Shown: piece after piece, positions 12,843 to 26,498 of the stretch
How the letters are laid out: every line of letters begins with the position of its first letter
How positions within the stretch are numbered: position 1 is the first letter of the stretch
Origin: Protoeuglena noctilucae
Lineage: Eukaryota
DNA length: 64,000 bases
Direction of reading: 5' to 3'
Assembly: GCA_958009085.1 (NCBI GenBank)
Contig: OY253671.1
Span: 248,001 to 312,000, forward strand
Notes under the pieces: model-generated
Seen by the model: the letters and a program-made list of their open reading frames with translations, nothing else
Databases searched by the model: none
Told to the model about the DNA's origin: nothing
Program-made: the position numbers and the translations under genes

Positions 12843-15800
12843 TCACAGTGCACTGTCATCCTCGTCGTCTAAGAAGCCGTCCAGGTCGTCCTCCGCCTCC
12901 AAATCGAACCCCGCGTCCGCAAACTCGCCCTGCAAGCGCAAAGGGCCGCGATGCATTGGCCACGTCTCAGTCCGTGCCGAACATCAACGCTCCGCCCGCC
13001 GGACAACGACAACGCCCGCTAGCTCATGGATATCCCAAAGCTCCTCTGCCAACACTTCATTGCAGTGCCGAAACTTGCACTGCACGCCTGCTCCCTGCCC
13101 CTCCAAGCCTCACCAGCGCCGCTCGGCCCTTCCCCGCCGCCATCGGCCGGCCACGCCTGGCCCCCCGCGCCGCCGTCTCCTCCTCCGCTCCCTCCCCGTC
13201 CCCTTCCACCAAGTCACCGTCCTCTTCTAAGTCCTCTCCCTCGCCCAGCGCCCGCTCGACGTCGTCCCCACCCTCGGCGTCATCGACATCCTCGTCTCCC
13301 TCGCCACCCAGCCCCATCTGCATCGCGTCGTCATCCAGCTCCTCGTCCCCGTCCTTGCCGGGCCAGCCACGAGGCCCAGTCAGGGCCGCCGTGGCCAGCA
13401 ACTCCCGGCTCTCAGCCACCAGCTGCGGCGGCGCCACCACCCTGGGGGGCAGGTGCGAGGCAGGGCGTTGAAGAGGGGCTGAGGTGACGATGGTTGGCAG
13501 GTGCAGGCAGGGGCATGCGACAAGGACAGAGCGGGCAAGGACACAGGCCAGGGGAACGTAGGGGCACGGAAAGGGCGAAAGCAGCGAAGAGAGGGGCAAT
13601 GGTCGGTGGACTGGGGCATGCATACTGTGGTCCCCTCCTTGCCGCTGGTACGGACCGACACATCGCAGAAACCAGTCACGACAGCATCTCATCGTGCGGA
13701 AGGTGTTTATGATCAAACCCCGTGGCCTCACCCGAGCGTGTCGTAGGCATCCATCCCAGCGCTGACCGCGTCCGCAGCCAGCTCTCCCCACTGCAAGGCC
13801 AGCTGCACGGCCCTCTCCAGCAACGCCTGCACGCCCTGGGCCTGCCCGCGTGCCTCGAGCATCCCACTCGACGTCAGCAGGGCGCGGATGAAGGGGGCCA
13901 GCACGGCGGGCAGCTGCTCGTCGTCAATCGCCACCAGGACGGTGCGGAAGTCGCCCAGAGGAGGGTGGTAGTCCATGTACTGCAAAGAAGGTGCGAGCAA
14001 GGTGAGGCGTGGCATGAGAGGTGTGCGAGAGCGGTGCGGGGGGCGGTGCAAGGGGCAGTGCACAGCCAGAACGTTCCCTTGCGATGATTGATAAGTAGCA
14101 CATATGCAATACATCTCCCGTCCCTCGCCTGCAGGTCCTCGATGATCCGCAGCGCCACCCGTGCCCCCGCGCTCGTCCCCTCCATCATCGCCTCGCGGTG
14201 CGCCGCCGTCCCCTTGGCCCGGTCCGCGGGCCCCGGCCCCGCCTGACTCAGCTCCAGCCGCCCCTGACGCAGGAGGTCAGCACCCTGGTCGTCGTCCTCC
14301 TCCTGCTCCTCCTCCATGACCCCATCCATGTCCCCCATCCCCATGCCTGCGTGGAGAGCACAACACATGGATGACGCAGCTATGCAGTCCCCTCTGCTGT
14401 CCTCTGTTTGCTTCCCTCGTATGCAATTCCCCGTCTGCACTTCACCCTTGGCTTGCTATCCTTGTCTGCATTGCCCCGTGTGCAGCTTGTATAGCCAACT
14501 GCCCCCCTCTCACCTGTCCTGCCGCTGGTGGATGCTTCGGTTGATGTCGTCAACGTCACCAGATCCGCTGCTGGCACCTTGGTTTCTTCCATCTCCTCGT
14601 TCACTTGAACCTGCAGCGGCGAAAGGACGTCCCCACGACCATCGCTTGGTCATCACCGTTAGTGCGTTGCGACGGTGGTTGCACCAGACACCGTCCCGTC
14701 TGCTCATCGCCTCATGGTTGACTCACGGCTAGCCCGACCATGCTCATACACGCACAAAGTGTCTGCCTAGCGCCGCTCGTGGCTGCCCCTGCCGTGCCCA
14801 CACGCACAAGCGTAAAGTGTCTGCCTAGCGCCGCTCACCGTGGCTCCCATCGCGATCACACGGAAAATCTGTGGTGTTTCACCCTTCTTCGCACCCTTCC
14901 GCCCGTCCTGACCCGCCGCGGCACCCGCGGCCTGAGCCTGCAGAGGAAAGCCAGAGCGCCGAGTTGCAAAGGAGCTGCATTACCTGCCAGGACTCGAGAC
15001 CATGAGCCACTGCAGCAACCAGGACCTTCTGATAACAACAAAGATGGAAACTTGACTGGACTCACAGACTCACTGCTCCCCACCGTACCACCCTCCCACC
15101 CACCGCCCTCCCGCTCACCCACCCACCCACCTCCCTCCCGCTCACCTGTGCCCCATCCGCCCCGCCCTCCTCTGCGGCCTTCTGAGCCTCCTCCTGGGCT
15201 TTGATGCGCTTACGCAGCTCCCCTAGACGCTTACGCTCCTCCTGCGCAGCCAAAGCGAGCCACACAGGTCGCCACTTAGAGAGACAAGACAACCACTGCG
15301 CTAACTGCACATGCAAAGCAGCACATGCCCTCGGAAATGCCGCAGTGTCGCAATAGCTCCACCCCATCAAGCCTGCAATGGCCATCGTGTGAAGCTGGGC
15401 CCACCACGCCGCCACCCACTTCGGCAATGCTGTGACAGCCCAGATTATTTCCCAACTGATAGTCCCCAACTACTTTACCCCCTTCTCGCCTTCTCTCTCT
15501 GCTCCTGGGCCAGCGGTGCTCGGACGGCCTTGCGTGCCACTTGGATGCGCTTGCGAAGGGCAGACAGGTTGCCGTCCATGCTCAGGCCGCGGATCTGCAG
15601 CTCCTTCTGCGGAAGGCGACGGCCAGGGCGCGACGCTGATATGGCGACCCCTGTGGTCCCAGGGTCCATGCCATGGCTGTAGCAGTGACACGGGTGAACA
15701 ACCGTCCGTGACCCTGCCATGCCAGTGACCCCGCTACCACCCACAACGACACCCATATGGAACAGAGTGCGTGCTCCGGTAGCCCAGAGGCTGCGACACG

Positions 15801-18379
15801 CCCATGCACCCCGCGGCATCCTCGCCTTGCACATGTCGAGGGACATCCGGCTGACGGGGATGGGCTTCATAACTGCGATGCCCTTCTTGTCGACCCTCTC
15901 CTCCAAAAGACAGAGGTCCTCTCGGACCTCGAACTCGCGCTCGTCGCCCTGAGGGTCCTCGGCCACCACGCTGCGCACCCGGTCCGCTTGCTCGTCACGC
16001 TGGGGTGAGGAGAGGCGAGAAGCAAAGTCAGGTCTATGCCATGTTACGCTGCGCGATGTAAGGCACCCTACCGTCGCAGCGTGCGGGGCTGTGAAGAGCC
16101 ATGCGAAAGAAAGGAGTGATAAGCGGCGAAGCGGAGTGCACCGACGAGGCGCATGCCCAGCGCCCAGCGCTCCTCTGTTCTCCTCCGCGCCCCTCGTCCC
16201 TCACCTCCGCGACGGTCTTGAAGTCGCTGAGGCGCCCCGCGAGCCACGAGGTGGCGAAGGAGGGGGCGTTCTCGTCGGCGTCCACCTTCTGCGCCACCGG
16301 CACCAGATCCGTGATGCGCCTCCCGTCCTCCCGCAGCGCCGCCACCAGCTGGCGCACGCTGTTGCCCTCCTTCCACCTCGTGGAGAAGAGGTCCAGGAGC
16401 TGCGAGACGGCCCGGTCGGAGAGCAGCTTGGTGCCCCCCGGGCCCAGGCGCCGGAGGCGGTCGAATTCGTCCAGAAGGGTCATGGACGACGCCTGCGTCT
16501 CCTCCGCCATGATCTCGAGCAGGATCACGTGCGTGCGCTGCGGCGCATGGGACCGGGGGCACGTCACAGGGCGCGTCAGCTGCATCAGGCATGGGCTGCA
16601 TCAGGCATGGGCCGTGTCATGCAGCGCAGCGCAAGGTCTGTGTCTCGAGGCAGCACGCAATGCCATCTCCTACGCCAGCGCGTCGAGGCGAAACTCGACC
16701 AGTGACGTCCCAGGCATGGACGCCCCGTCCACCAGCCCCTCACCTGGTTCTTCCTCACACCCATGCGGTCCATGTGCCCGCACAACGCCTGGGACTCCGC
16801 GCCGCTGTTTTCGTTGCCCTTGAACTTCTCCAGAGCACGATTGAAGCACTCCGTGTCCAGCTGGTCCGAGGGGATCTTCTCGCACACGATGGCGGCCTCC
16901 TGGGGCGTCGAAGCCCCCGAGATGACCGGGTACCAATGCTGGGGCGTCACGCGCATCCCCTTTTGGATCATATCTCTGATGACGTCCTGGCCCTTCATGT
17001 GCCCGTCCATGCGCACCTGCACGACAGCAGGACACCTTCGCGGTCGAACGACCCCACCCCTGCGCTTCCCGCCCGCCGCACGCCGTGCGCGCGTGCCACT
17101 CACGTGGGCCGCCACCACGTACTCCATCAGCTGGCTGTTGGGCTGCCACTGCTCCTCCTCCCCGAACTTGACGTACGTCATCCCGAGGTCCTCGTAGCCC
17201 ATGCGGAAGAGAGACGTCGTCAGCATCAGCCAACCGGGGCGGGCGTCGATCCCCGAGTTGTACATCGACTCCAGAACGTCGATGGCCTTCTCCGTGTCCC
17301 CGGCCTCCATGAACGCGTGGATGAGGGCGGTGTAGCTCTCTCCCAGGGGCTGGATGCCCGAGTGGTAGGCCCGGCGGGTCGCGTCCAAAGCCCCGTATGC
17401 GTCTTTGGCCTTGACATACGCGAAAATGACGCTGTGCCACGCGCGCGGGCCCGGCATCAGGCCCGCCGCGATCATCGCCGCCACCACTCGCTCCGCTTGT
17501 TCACTGCGGGGCGGCGGAGGGCCGGCAGGGGCCGTGGGCGCGCGCGCGGCAGGACCCACGTCGCGCGCAGCAAAGCCGGCACCGTGCGCGCCGCGCAGGC
17601 TGGCGGGCCGGCCGTCACCATGCCCCACTCTTGGCAGCTGCAAAGAGCTGTTGATGGTAGGGATACCGCGCGGGATCCTCCTCGTTCACGGTCATCGTCT
17701 CCCTGCCCGCCCGCGTGCTGAGCTCCTGCGGGTTTATCTTCTTCTGCTCCTGCGGCGAGACAAAACAAAAGGCCTTGACATCTTGTTCCTGTAACCAAAT
17801 ATACATCGGCGGGTCGATTGGGGCGCGAGGCGGGGCGGTCGGCGCAGGGGGCTGCGATAGGGGTGCGGCCGGCCCTGCCCCTCCCGGGAGCGGCGGCTGC
17901 GCACCTCCTTGCGTTGCTGCTCCATGATTTCAGCTTGCTTCTGGGTGACGTAACCCACGCCACCGAGCCGCTGGTCGTAAGCGTGCGGGGCGCCTGCGGG
18001 AGTCCACCGGGCAGGGAGTAGGTCAAAAGGCGTGGCATTGCTGGCGCTAGCGTTGTTTCCCGCGCGTGCCGCGCGCACTATGACAAATTGACAAACAGAG
18101 GGAGCGTTGCGAGTTTCCGGCTCGGCCGCCGCAGCGGCGCCCGCGCTGGAGGAAGGCTGCAGACGCCGGCCACAGTCGCCATGGGCCTGGCAAGGCTAGA
18201 GGGACCCGGGCAAGGCGCGGGCGCGTCAGCTCCTTCCCGCAGACTCAAGGAACGGTGCGCGGCCTTGTCCCGCGAATATCAAAATTCCTGGCCGCTCCTC
18301 GCCTGGGCCTCTCCGAGACTGTCGGCTGAGCGCGGCGAGGCGCCCGGTCCACTGCCGCTGCCGTGGCAAACATCGACAT
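12843..18379 (-). CDS. PTAC3: pTAC3-like plastid protein (PPR-like repeats, SAP domain, acidic tail); multi-exon, start tentative
   Basis: MIAAGLMPGPRAWHSVIFAY..GIQPLGESYTALIHAF..AIDVLESM resembles the land-plant pTAC3 N-terminal region (MIAAGLSPGPRSFH, recalled). The SAP-like segment PIPVSRMSLDMCK|KELQIRGLSMDGNLSALRKRIQVAR forms after removing intron 15607-15825. The last exon GEFADAGFDLEAEDDLDGFLDDEDDSAL* ends at 12843. Start 18379 needs a tentative GC-AG intron at 18146-18302. Confidence 0.72.
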
Positions 18380-18795
18380 GAGTGCATCGCAGGCCCAGGA
18401 GTCTGGGTGGCGCAATCGGGCGGCCCGCCTGTCGACATGGGAGGCGAAACAGGGGAACGGAGATTCCCCGACCACCCTGTCCTATAGACGTGATGCAAAC
18501 AAACAAGATGTTGCTGTATCAACATCTCTCGGCCCGATGCGCGGCCCTCTTCGTTTGCCCCACTAGTCAGAGTCCTCGTTCAAAGCCAGGCGGGCCCATC
18601 TAAGATCTGTATCGCTCGCAGTCGGTTCCAAAGCGCTTCCTCTCACCGCGGCAGGCATAGTTGGGCAGGGCACGAGGCTGTTTGGCGAGGAGGAATCAAC
18701 TTTGCCCGGCAGACCGCGCAAATGATGACTTGACACTTGTCGTGCTATAGCTATCCGACCCTCGCACGCTGGCAAGAAGGCCCAAGTGTATCACG

Positions 18796-21700
18796 ATGCT
18801 GGGGTCCTGGTTGCGGTCCCTGCTCGGGACGGCCTTGCTAGGGGCTCTTTCTTTGGCAGGTGGGCAAGGCTGTGAAGCTGCTGCTCCCCCCAGTGATGAT
18901 CAGCAGCTGGGACTGGTGACGTGAAGCTGCTGTTGCTGGGCCTCTGCTGCCCTCTTGGGTCGACGCAGAGCGCCTCCCTCCGCGATGGCCTCCGTAGCGA
19001 GGGCAGCGCGCTTCGCCAACCGCGCGACCGTTGCCACTTGCCTCAGGACTAGCCAGCGCTATCTATGAGGACCAGGCGGGCCAGTTCGACTGGTACTGGC
19101 GGGGTGTGGGCGCCATCAACTGGGTCGGGGACGCGCAGACGCCCGAGGCGTTCCTGATAACTACCACATCAGGTGAAGTGCAAGCACTCGATTTTTCTTT
19201 GTTGCACATACACGGGGGGCGGGGAGGAGGGCGGCAGGCGCCAAGATCTGCCGGCAACGCCAGGCGCTTTCATGAAGCCGATAGCGCGCATTTCGGCCAC
19301 GAACTGTGCATCCATGCCCCGCTGCCGCTTGTTTGCAACGCAGATGTCTTGGCGTTGTTGAGCGTCGCGTCGGGGGAGGTTGTCTGGCGCCGCGTGCTCA
19401 ATGATGCGGGAGGTCTGGGGGCAGCGGCCGTGTCCGCGGGACCTACGGGATCCTCCCCCGTCGCCATCACCGTGAGCCGGTCGGGAGAGGTGGTTCGCGC
19501 CTTCTCCGCGTCGGATGGGAAGCTGGCGTGGGAGACGCGCCTCGAGGCGAGGGAGGGCTGCGAGGCTTCGACGGTCGCCATACGCAAGGCGTTCAAGGAC
19601 ACACCTGCTGTCGCGCTCGTGGGCTCCTGCGGGGGACTCAGTGCCCTGGATGTCCGCGATGGCTCCGTGGTCGGCTCGGTCGGTGAGAACGCCTCAGGCT
19701 GTGACGCTGCAGTGACGAGTGAAGGCTGCGTGAAGCGCCGCATGTAACGCCTGTCCCTTCGCGTCCCAGATCTGGACGCCGGCGTGGACACAGCTTCCCG
19801 CGTGCTGAGCGTGGGCGTCGAGAGGGAAACGGACATCCGAGCGCTGGTGACAGTCAAGGCGCCAGGTTCGCCACCCGCCGTCCGAGTGGTGGGGTGGGAC
19901 GGACGGTCCGAGGCAGTCACGGGTAAGAGGCGCGTTGACCCATTTGCTGTCAACCACGCGGGTCCGCTGGGGAGCTTGCGGGTGGCCTCTGCGCCTGCGC
20001 TGGTGGAGCGATGGGGTGGGAATCAACGCTTGTTGGCCACAGGCATGCGAGGGGAAGAGGTCGGCGACGTGACGGGCGTGGCCGTGCACCTCCTCGGGGC
20101 TTTCTTGGTCGCGACAAACGAGGGGTCGAAGGTCTATCTCTTGCCTACGTCCATGTCTCTGCAAAGCATCAGTTATGACTTCGACATGCGGGTCAAGGCG
20201 AGGATGGCTGAGGCTGGCTTGGCGCAGATGCTGGGCGCCCACACGGGAGCTAAGCATGTTTCTGATGCATGAGGGCCGGTGTTACTAGCCCCTTTCTGTT
20301 GGCCTTTGCCCTCTCCGACACTGGCGTCAGTCTGCACAGGACCTGCGTGTCGTGTCGACCCAAATGGTGGAGGCGTCTGTGGATGGGGGCTCCATCCTCT
20401 TGTCGCTGTCTGCATCGACGCCCAGTCTCGGCTCTGCGTCATCGGCCAAGGCAGGCGCCTTCTCGATGGTAAGGGACGGCCGTCTTTGGCGGGCCTTCGT
20501 TGACGACGACCGGGCGAGCGTCGCGGAATTCGACTCGTCGGGTTCCGGTGAGCGCAGCACACACGACCGAGGTCAATGCATCAAAGGGTGGCCCATGTAC
20601 AAGCGAGGCCACGGCTGGGGCGGTGCGATGGGGGCGCACCGATTGCGCTAGGTGTGCCTTGGATCAGTCCGACCTTCTTAACTTCGGACTGTCCCCACGC
20701 AGAGATCGCCAGCTACGACCTTCCGCTGTCCACGCTGGACGTCTCGGGGGAGCTGGAGGATCCGAGCGAGGCGTCGAGGCGGCACGCAAAGGCGGTGCGG
20801 ATGGTGCTGAATGTGCCGGGGGGCCTCGTGCTCATTACCGACGACGAGCACATGGTGTGCCTGCGCTGGGGAGCGAAGGGGGCCCCTGTGAAGGCGTGGG
20901 TGCGTAGTGAATGGCAGGCACTTCTCCCGAAGGACGTGCCTCCCGTCTTTGCCGACCTGCCCGCCCCTGTGCCGCCCGTCAGCGGGGCTCAGGGCCTCCT
21001 CCCGGCGTGGCTGCACCCGTCTGAGTGGAAGCGCATGCAGGACTGGGTGGAGATGCAAGTCCTGGGTCTCAGGAAGTCCGTGCAGCCTCTAAAGTGAGTT
21101 GGGGCCGGGCGCACCAGTGCAGCTGGCACGCGACTAACAGCACGCTGCACCCTACCGCCCGCCCTGCCGCCTCACCCCTCGCTTGTGCCGGCCCGCAGCC
21201 CCGTGCAGCAGATGAGGAAGGACGAGCTGGCTCTCGCGCTATCGACCACCAATTTGCCGACCGCCGACCGCAACGGATACCGAATGGCCCTGGTGGTGGC
21301 CAGTGACACGGGCGTTCTGGCGGCTCTGCACAACGGCGACGGGCGGACGCTCTGGGCGGTCCGGCTCGGGGCCGACTGCCGCCCCCGCGCCCTGTTCCAT
21401 TCGGCGCCCGATGCAGCAGCCCAGCCGCCCCGGCCCTCGACCGTGGCTGCGCTGTGGTCGTGCGGCGACGAGGCGCTGGCTGTCGGCGTCGACGCGCACC
21501 GCGGCACCGTGCTGTGGGAGTGGCGCACGTCGGGGCTTGCGGTCAAGGCGGTGCCAGCGCCTGATGTGGGCGCCATGCTGGCCGTCGTTTCGGTAAATGG
21601 GGTGGCGCTGCGAGCGGAGGTCCTGCCCACGGCCGCCAGGGAGGCGTTCGTGCAGCGACACGGTGGCAAGGCGTTCGTGTGGGTTCGCCAGGAGCAGGCC

Positions 21701-23075
21701 ATCGAGGGTGAGCCGTGCATAGGTGGCCGTACTCGTGCATGACGACAACGCCCGCATGGACCAGGCCTCTGAGCCCCGATGCGCGAAAGCGAGAGCCGAT
21801 CGTTCGTCCCCCCTGCAGGCTTCCTGGTCAGCAAGGACCTGACCCTGAGCCCCGCGTGGGTCTTCCGCGCCCCGGGCGACATTGAGGCGATTGCCTCACG
21901 CAGCCGGGAGGAGCGACTGTACTCCAGAACGCGAGCGACCTCGACGGGTGAGCTGAATTGCAGTACACGCGCTGGCAAGCGCGCTGCGTGCCGCGCTGCG
22001 CTATGCAAACGCGCGCCCTCACCCATCGTGCGCTCGCAGGTGGTGTGGGGTTCAAGTACATTAACCCCAACGTCCTCCTGGTCTTGAGCGTCGTCCCGGC
22101 CGGGTCCGACACGCCCCGCTCCCTAGACGCGGTGTTCTTGGACGCGGTGACGGGGCGCGTGCTGTTCGCCCAGAGCCACGCCGGCGCCAGTGGCCCCGTG
22201 TCAGCGGTGGTGTCCGAGCACTGGGCCGTTTACAGCTACTGGTCCGGCGCCAACGCCAGGCCCGAGATCGCTTCCGTGGAGCTGGGCGACGGGGCAGCGC
22301 CCACCGTGTCGCTGTGGGACGCGTTTGCGGGGACGCTGGCCAAGCCCGAGCCTGTCAGCTCCTTCGCCACCGGGCCCGTGCTGCACATGGCGGCCACCTA
22401 CTTTGCGCCCCAGACGCTCATCGCGCTGGGTGCCACGCAGACCCGCCACGGCATCGCGTCCAAGGCGAGATTGCACGCCACGCTGACCCGAGACCTGGCG
22501 CGCCGGCCCTGACAGACTGCAAGCGATTCGCCTCTCTCTGCTCTCGCAGGCCGTGCTCATGGGAACTGACTCAGGGTCCCTTCTGGCGCTGGACCACGGT
22601 TTCTTGGACCCTCGGCTGCCGCGGCTGGACCCGAACAAGATGACCAAGATCGAGTACGACGCGCGGCGCAAGGAGCTGGCCAAGAAGGGGATTAATGTCG
22701 GAGTGGAGGTCATCTCGGACAGGATGGCGCAGAACCTCTCGCACAGGCACCAGGTGGTGGGCATGCGCGGGGTCGCGTCCGCCCCGACCCTTCTCGAGTC
22801 CACGTCGGCGGTCTTCGCTTGGGGCACCGACCTGTTCTACACGAGGACGTTCCCTTCTCGCCAGTTCGACGGACTCTCCGACGACTTTGCCTATCTGGGA
22901 GTCGGGCTGAGGTGGGTGGCTGCGACGCGTGGCGCGCGCGTGTGCAGGAAGAGCTCTCCGGCTGCCTTTACAACCGGTTTCCCACGTCCGTCGCAGCTTG
23001 GTTGCCATGGTCATCGCGCTGGTGTGGATGAGGAGCTCGGCACTCCGGAGCCAGATCAAGCAGAAGTGGGAATGA
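18796..23075 (+). CDS. EMC1: ER membrane protein complex subunit 1
   Basis: Signal peptide followed by AIYEDQAGQFDW; beta-propeller-like segments; FKYINPNVLLV, DAVTGRVLF, VVSEHWAVYSYW, TRHGIASK|AVLMGT, LESTSAVFAWGTDLFYTRTFPSRQFDGLSDDF; C-terminal TM helix, ends KQKWE*. Confidence 0.9.
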
Positions 23076-23276
23076 CCTGTGCCAGAGAAGCCTACACGTG
23101 CGACTTGTTCACTACTTGATTGTCTGAACGCTAGTCATCAGCGATGCCTGCGGGCCTGAGGATCCGCCATTTGGTAGGGCTGCGTCTGCAATTGGCATTG
23201 TCAGCCTTTTCCAGCTCCTGCGAGGCACTTGGTCGGCCGTTCCAAGCTTCTCCGAGGCCTTTGAAGGTCTGGAAAG

Positions 23277-25892
23277 ATGCATCGGTCCGCGGTGCCCGCC
23301 GCGGACCGCCAGGCGCGGTGTAGCGGGCTACTTGCGATTCGGAGGACGTCACGGTCTCCTGCAGCGCGTGCGACGCGGAAGCTGCAGTGCGATGTCGCGG
23401 TGGTTGGAGCAGGGCACAACGCACTCGTCGCCGCCGCGCTCCTGGCCAGAGAGGTGCGCGATCCTTCATGCCGAGGTCATGCGAACGGGTCTCCGTTGTT
23501 GTGGCTTTGTTACTCGAAGCGTGCGCTTTCCCGTCCTTCCAGGGCTTGAAGGTCCACGTGGTTGAGCAGAAGGACATGGTTGGGGGCGCGTGCAAGACCG
23601 AGAGGCCCTTCGCCAACGCGCCGGACCTGCAACAGTCGACAGGCGCCTACCTGCTCGGCCTGATGCCCCCCGAGCTGCTTTGCCTTCTAGACATCGAGCT
23701 CCCCTGCATCCGCCGCGACCCCCACAACTTCCTGCCCACCACCGGAGACGCGTATCTGTTGTTCGGTACGGACGTCGAGGCAACCAAGGCGCAGTTCCTA
23801 CGTTTCTTCAGCCAAAAGGACTGGGAGGCCAACTGCCGTCTCCAGGCCGAGCTGGCAGCGATCCGGGACGACGTCGCGCCCACGTGGGTGAGGCATACCA
23901 GCGGCACGGCCACAGCACAGCGCAGCACAGCACAGCACAGCACAGCACAGTCGACGTCCACGCTGCTTTCAACCACATTCCAGTCTGCCCGCGACAGATG
24001 ATGGAGCCGCTGTCCGTCGAGGACACCGCCGAGCGCTTCGTGAGGCCCTCCCTGCGCCAGGTGTTCGTGGACCTCTGCCGGAAGCCGCTGTCGGAGTACT
24101 TGGCGAGATTCGAGTTCGAATCGGAGCTCCTTCAGGGGATGTACGCGGTCACGGACGGCTTCTCGGGGCTCAACGGGGGCTGGGACACGCCAGGGACCGG
24201 CATGAACTTCCTTATCCACAACATGTGTCGATTGCCGGGCGCCGATGGCACCTGGATGATCGTCAAGGTGGGTGGGTGCGGGAAGCATCAAAAGATGCTT
24301 CTCTTGGTCAGTGCTGGCAATGGGCATCTGCAACTGCCGTGTCGCCATCGCTCTCCCTGCGTGGGGCCCAGGGGCCTGCAAGCTGCTTGCAGTCGCCGAC
24401 GCCGATTGTGGCACCGCGGCATGACGTGAAGGGTTCCCCCGTTGGCGCAGGGCGGCATGGGGACGGTCACGCGGAGTCTAGAGGCCAAGTGCCGCGCCAG
24501 TGGGGTGAAGTTCACTCTGGGGAATCGGGTGGAGGACGTCTTGGAGAAAAACGGCCGCATTTTCGGAGTGGGACTGGCAGACGGGACCGAGCTGCGCACG
24601 GAGATGGGGGTCATGTTTGGGTGCGACCCCTACACGCTGCGAGACCTGGTGGGGCGGAGCAACGTGGATGAGGAGGTCGACCGCAAGCTGGACGGGGTGT
24701 GGCTGAGGAAGGTGCGTGTGTTTGTATGAGCTTGTGTTGGCGATGTGTGCGGGTGGCGGTGCAGGCGTGCATGGCAGGAGGGACGTGGCGGGGCCATGGG
24801 CCGGAGATCGTGCTGCGGAGTTGCGGTGACCGAAGCACGCACCCTGGTGAAACTGTGGCGCAGGGGACGACCATGAAGATCAATCTGGCTCTGTCGGACT
24901 ACCCTCGCTTCACGTGCCTGCCGGAGAGGATCGGGCAGCACCGCACCACCATCCACCTTCTGCCACAGGCGAGGCGCTCGCTTTCCTGCACTGACACGCA
25001 GCGGCCGAGGCACCGGCACCGTCTCGCAGCCTCGCACCCTCCGCCCTCACGCTGCGTCAACATCGCAGGAGAACATCATTGCGAACCTGAGGAGCGCGTA
25101 CGCTGACGCAACGGAAGGGCGCCTCGCGGGCTTCCCAACCATGGAGTGGTACTGCCAGACTGCGGTGGACCCCACGCTCACGGACAGCCAGGGGCGCATA
25201 TTGAGCGCGCTGTTCGTGCAGTGGGTGCCTCACGACATCAAAGGCAGCAGCTGGGAGAAGGAGGAATCGCGCTACGTCCAGCACCTGTTGTCCATCTGGT
25301 GAGCCCTACGACGATGCCGAAGCGCGACATGTGCTTTGATTGTCACCGATGACGCCAAGCACGACATGTGCTGCACATGCTGGCCACCACCGGGCATGTC
25401 TCGACTGTGACTGCGACTTTGACTGTCTGACCCATGCATCGGCACCCCTGAACTTCCCGTCTGCAGTGACCGCTTCGCCCCTGGCACTTCGGATTTGGTA
25501 GTGGACACGTTCACGCTGACGCCGCCTAAGATCGAGGAGCACTTTGGAATCCGCCACGGCCATATCCACCACATCGACAACACGTTTGGATGGAACCAGC
25601 GGTTCCCCTATCGCCCCGGTGCCACGGGTCTCTACAGGTGACACCACGCCATGGCAATGACACCGATCGAGGTCTTGTCCAGCCACTCCTTGCAAGCATT
25701 AAGTGACCTCGATGGCCGGCAGTCTTAAAGTAGCGACGGCACCCGCGTGCGCCCTGCCTGACTGCCTCTCTTTGCGCCCGCAGCTGCTCGGCGGGGACGC
25801 ACCCGGCGGGGAGCGTCATCGGCTGCGCAGGGCACAACGCAGCAGCCACTATGCTCCGAGACTTCGGCCTCAAGCCCAGCTGGCTTCAATGA
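23277..25892 (+). CDS. FAD-dependent oxidoreductase, phytoene desaturase/PYROXD2-like family
   Basis: DVAVVGAGHNALVAAALLARE|GLKVHVVEQKDMVGGAC (FAD Rossmann motif); STGAYLLGLMPPEL; GGMGTVT; C-terminal GLYSCSAGTHPAGSVIGCAGHNAA. Start codon uncertain. Confidence 0.85.
23908..23950 (+). repeat. (CACAG)n pentanucleotide microsatellite in an intron
   Basis: cacagcacagcgcagcacagcacagcacagcacagcacag. Confidence 0.9.
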
Positions 25893-26498
25893 GTCCATCA
25901 ACTCTCAGCTCGGACTGCTGCGGCGCTGCCTAGCACGCGGGCAAAGCGAGCTTGGCGGTCGCGGAATGCAGCATCCAAGTGCGCCTCTCCCTGCTTTGAC
26001 CTCCCCCAAGAAACGCCAGAACGCGTTGCCCGATTCTGTCTCCATATCTGCTTGCTGACCTGCGTCGCTACCTGTGGCATGGGTGCTGTCCTTGCGAAGC
26101 GTGGGCGGCGACCTGCGGTGGTGGTTGATGGAGCGAAGGTAGAAATGGCCACGGGCTGCGCGCAGCTGGCAAAGCGCTGCGCAGTGCGCGGACAACAGAC
26201 AGCGGATCGCAGGCAGGGTGAACGCTTGGGTTGTAAGGGCGCGGCAGTCCCCCACGCTGCCACCAGACGCCACCCTTGGCTGTCCCACCCCCGCCCCACC
26301 GCATGCCTGATGGCACCTTTTGCAGCCAGCCAGCCCCGGCCCCACATTCACGCCCGACACGCCGAGCCCGCGGAAGCGACGTCGATGCCTTGGTCTGGCT
26401 CCTTGACGCGTTGCGTCCATCGATGCAGCACCGCCTCTGCCACCAACGCAGACAAAGGTCACCAGCCCAGCCACACTGCCCCCGCGCGTGTCACCCCC

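Noticed and set aside
16581..16615. 16-bp tandem duplication tgcatcaggcatgggc, and similar short repeats at ~53050-53090 and ~55170-55200
   Set aside because: Ordinary intronic slippage repeats; no target-site duplication or terminal inverted repeat structure.
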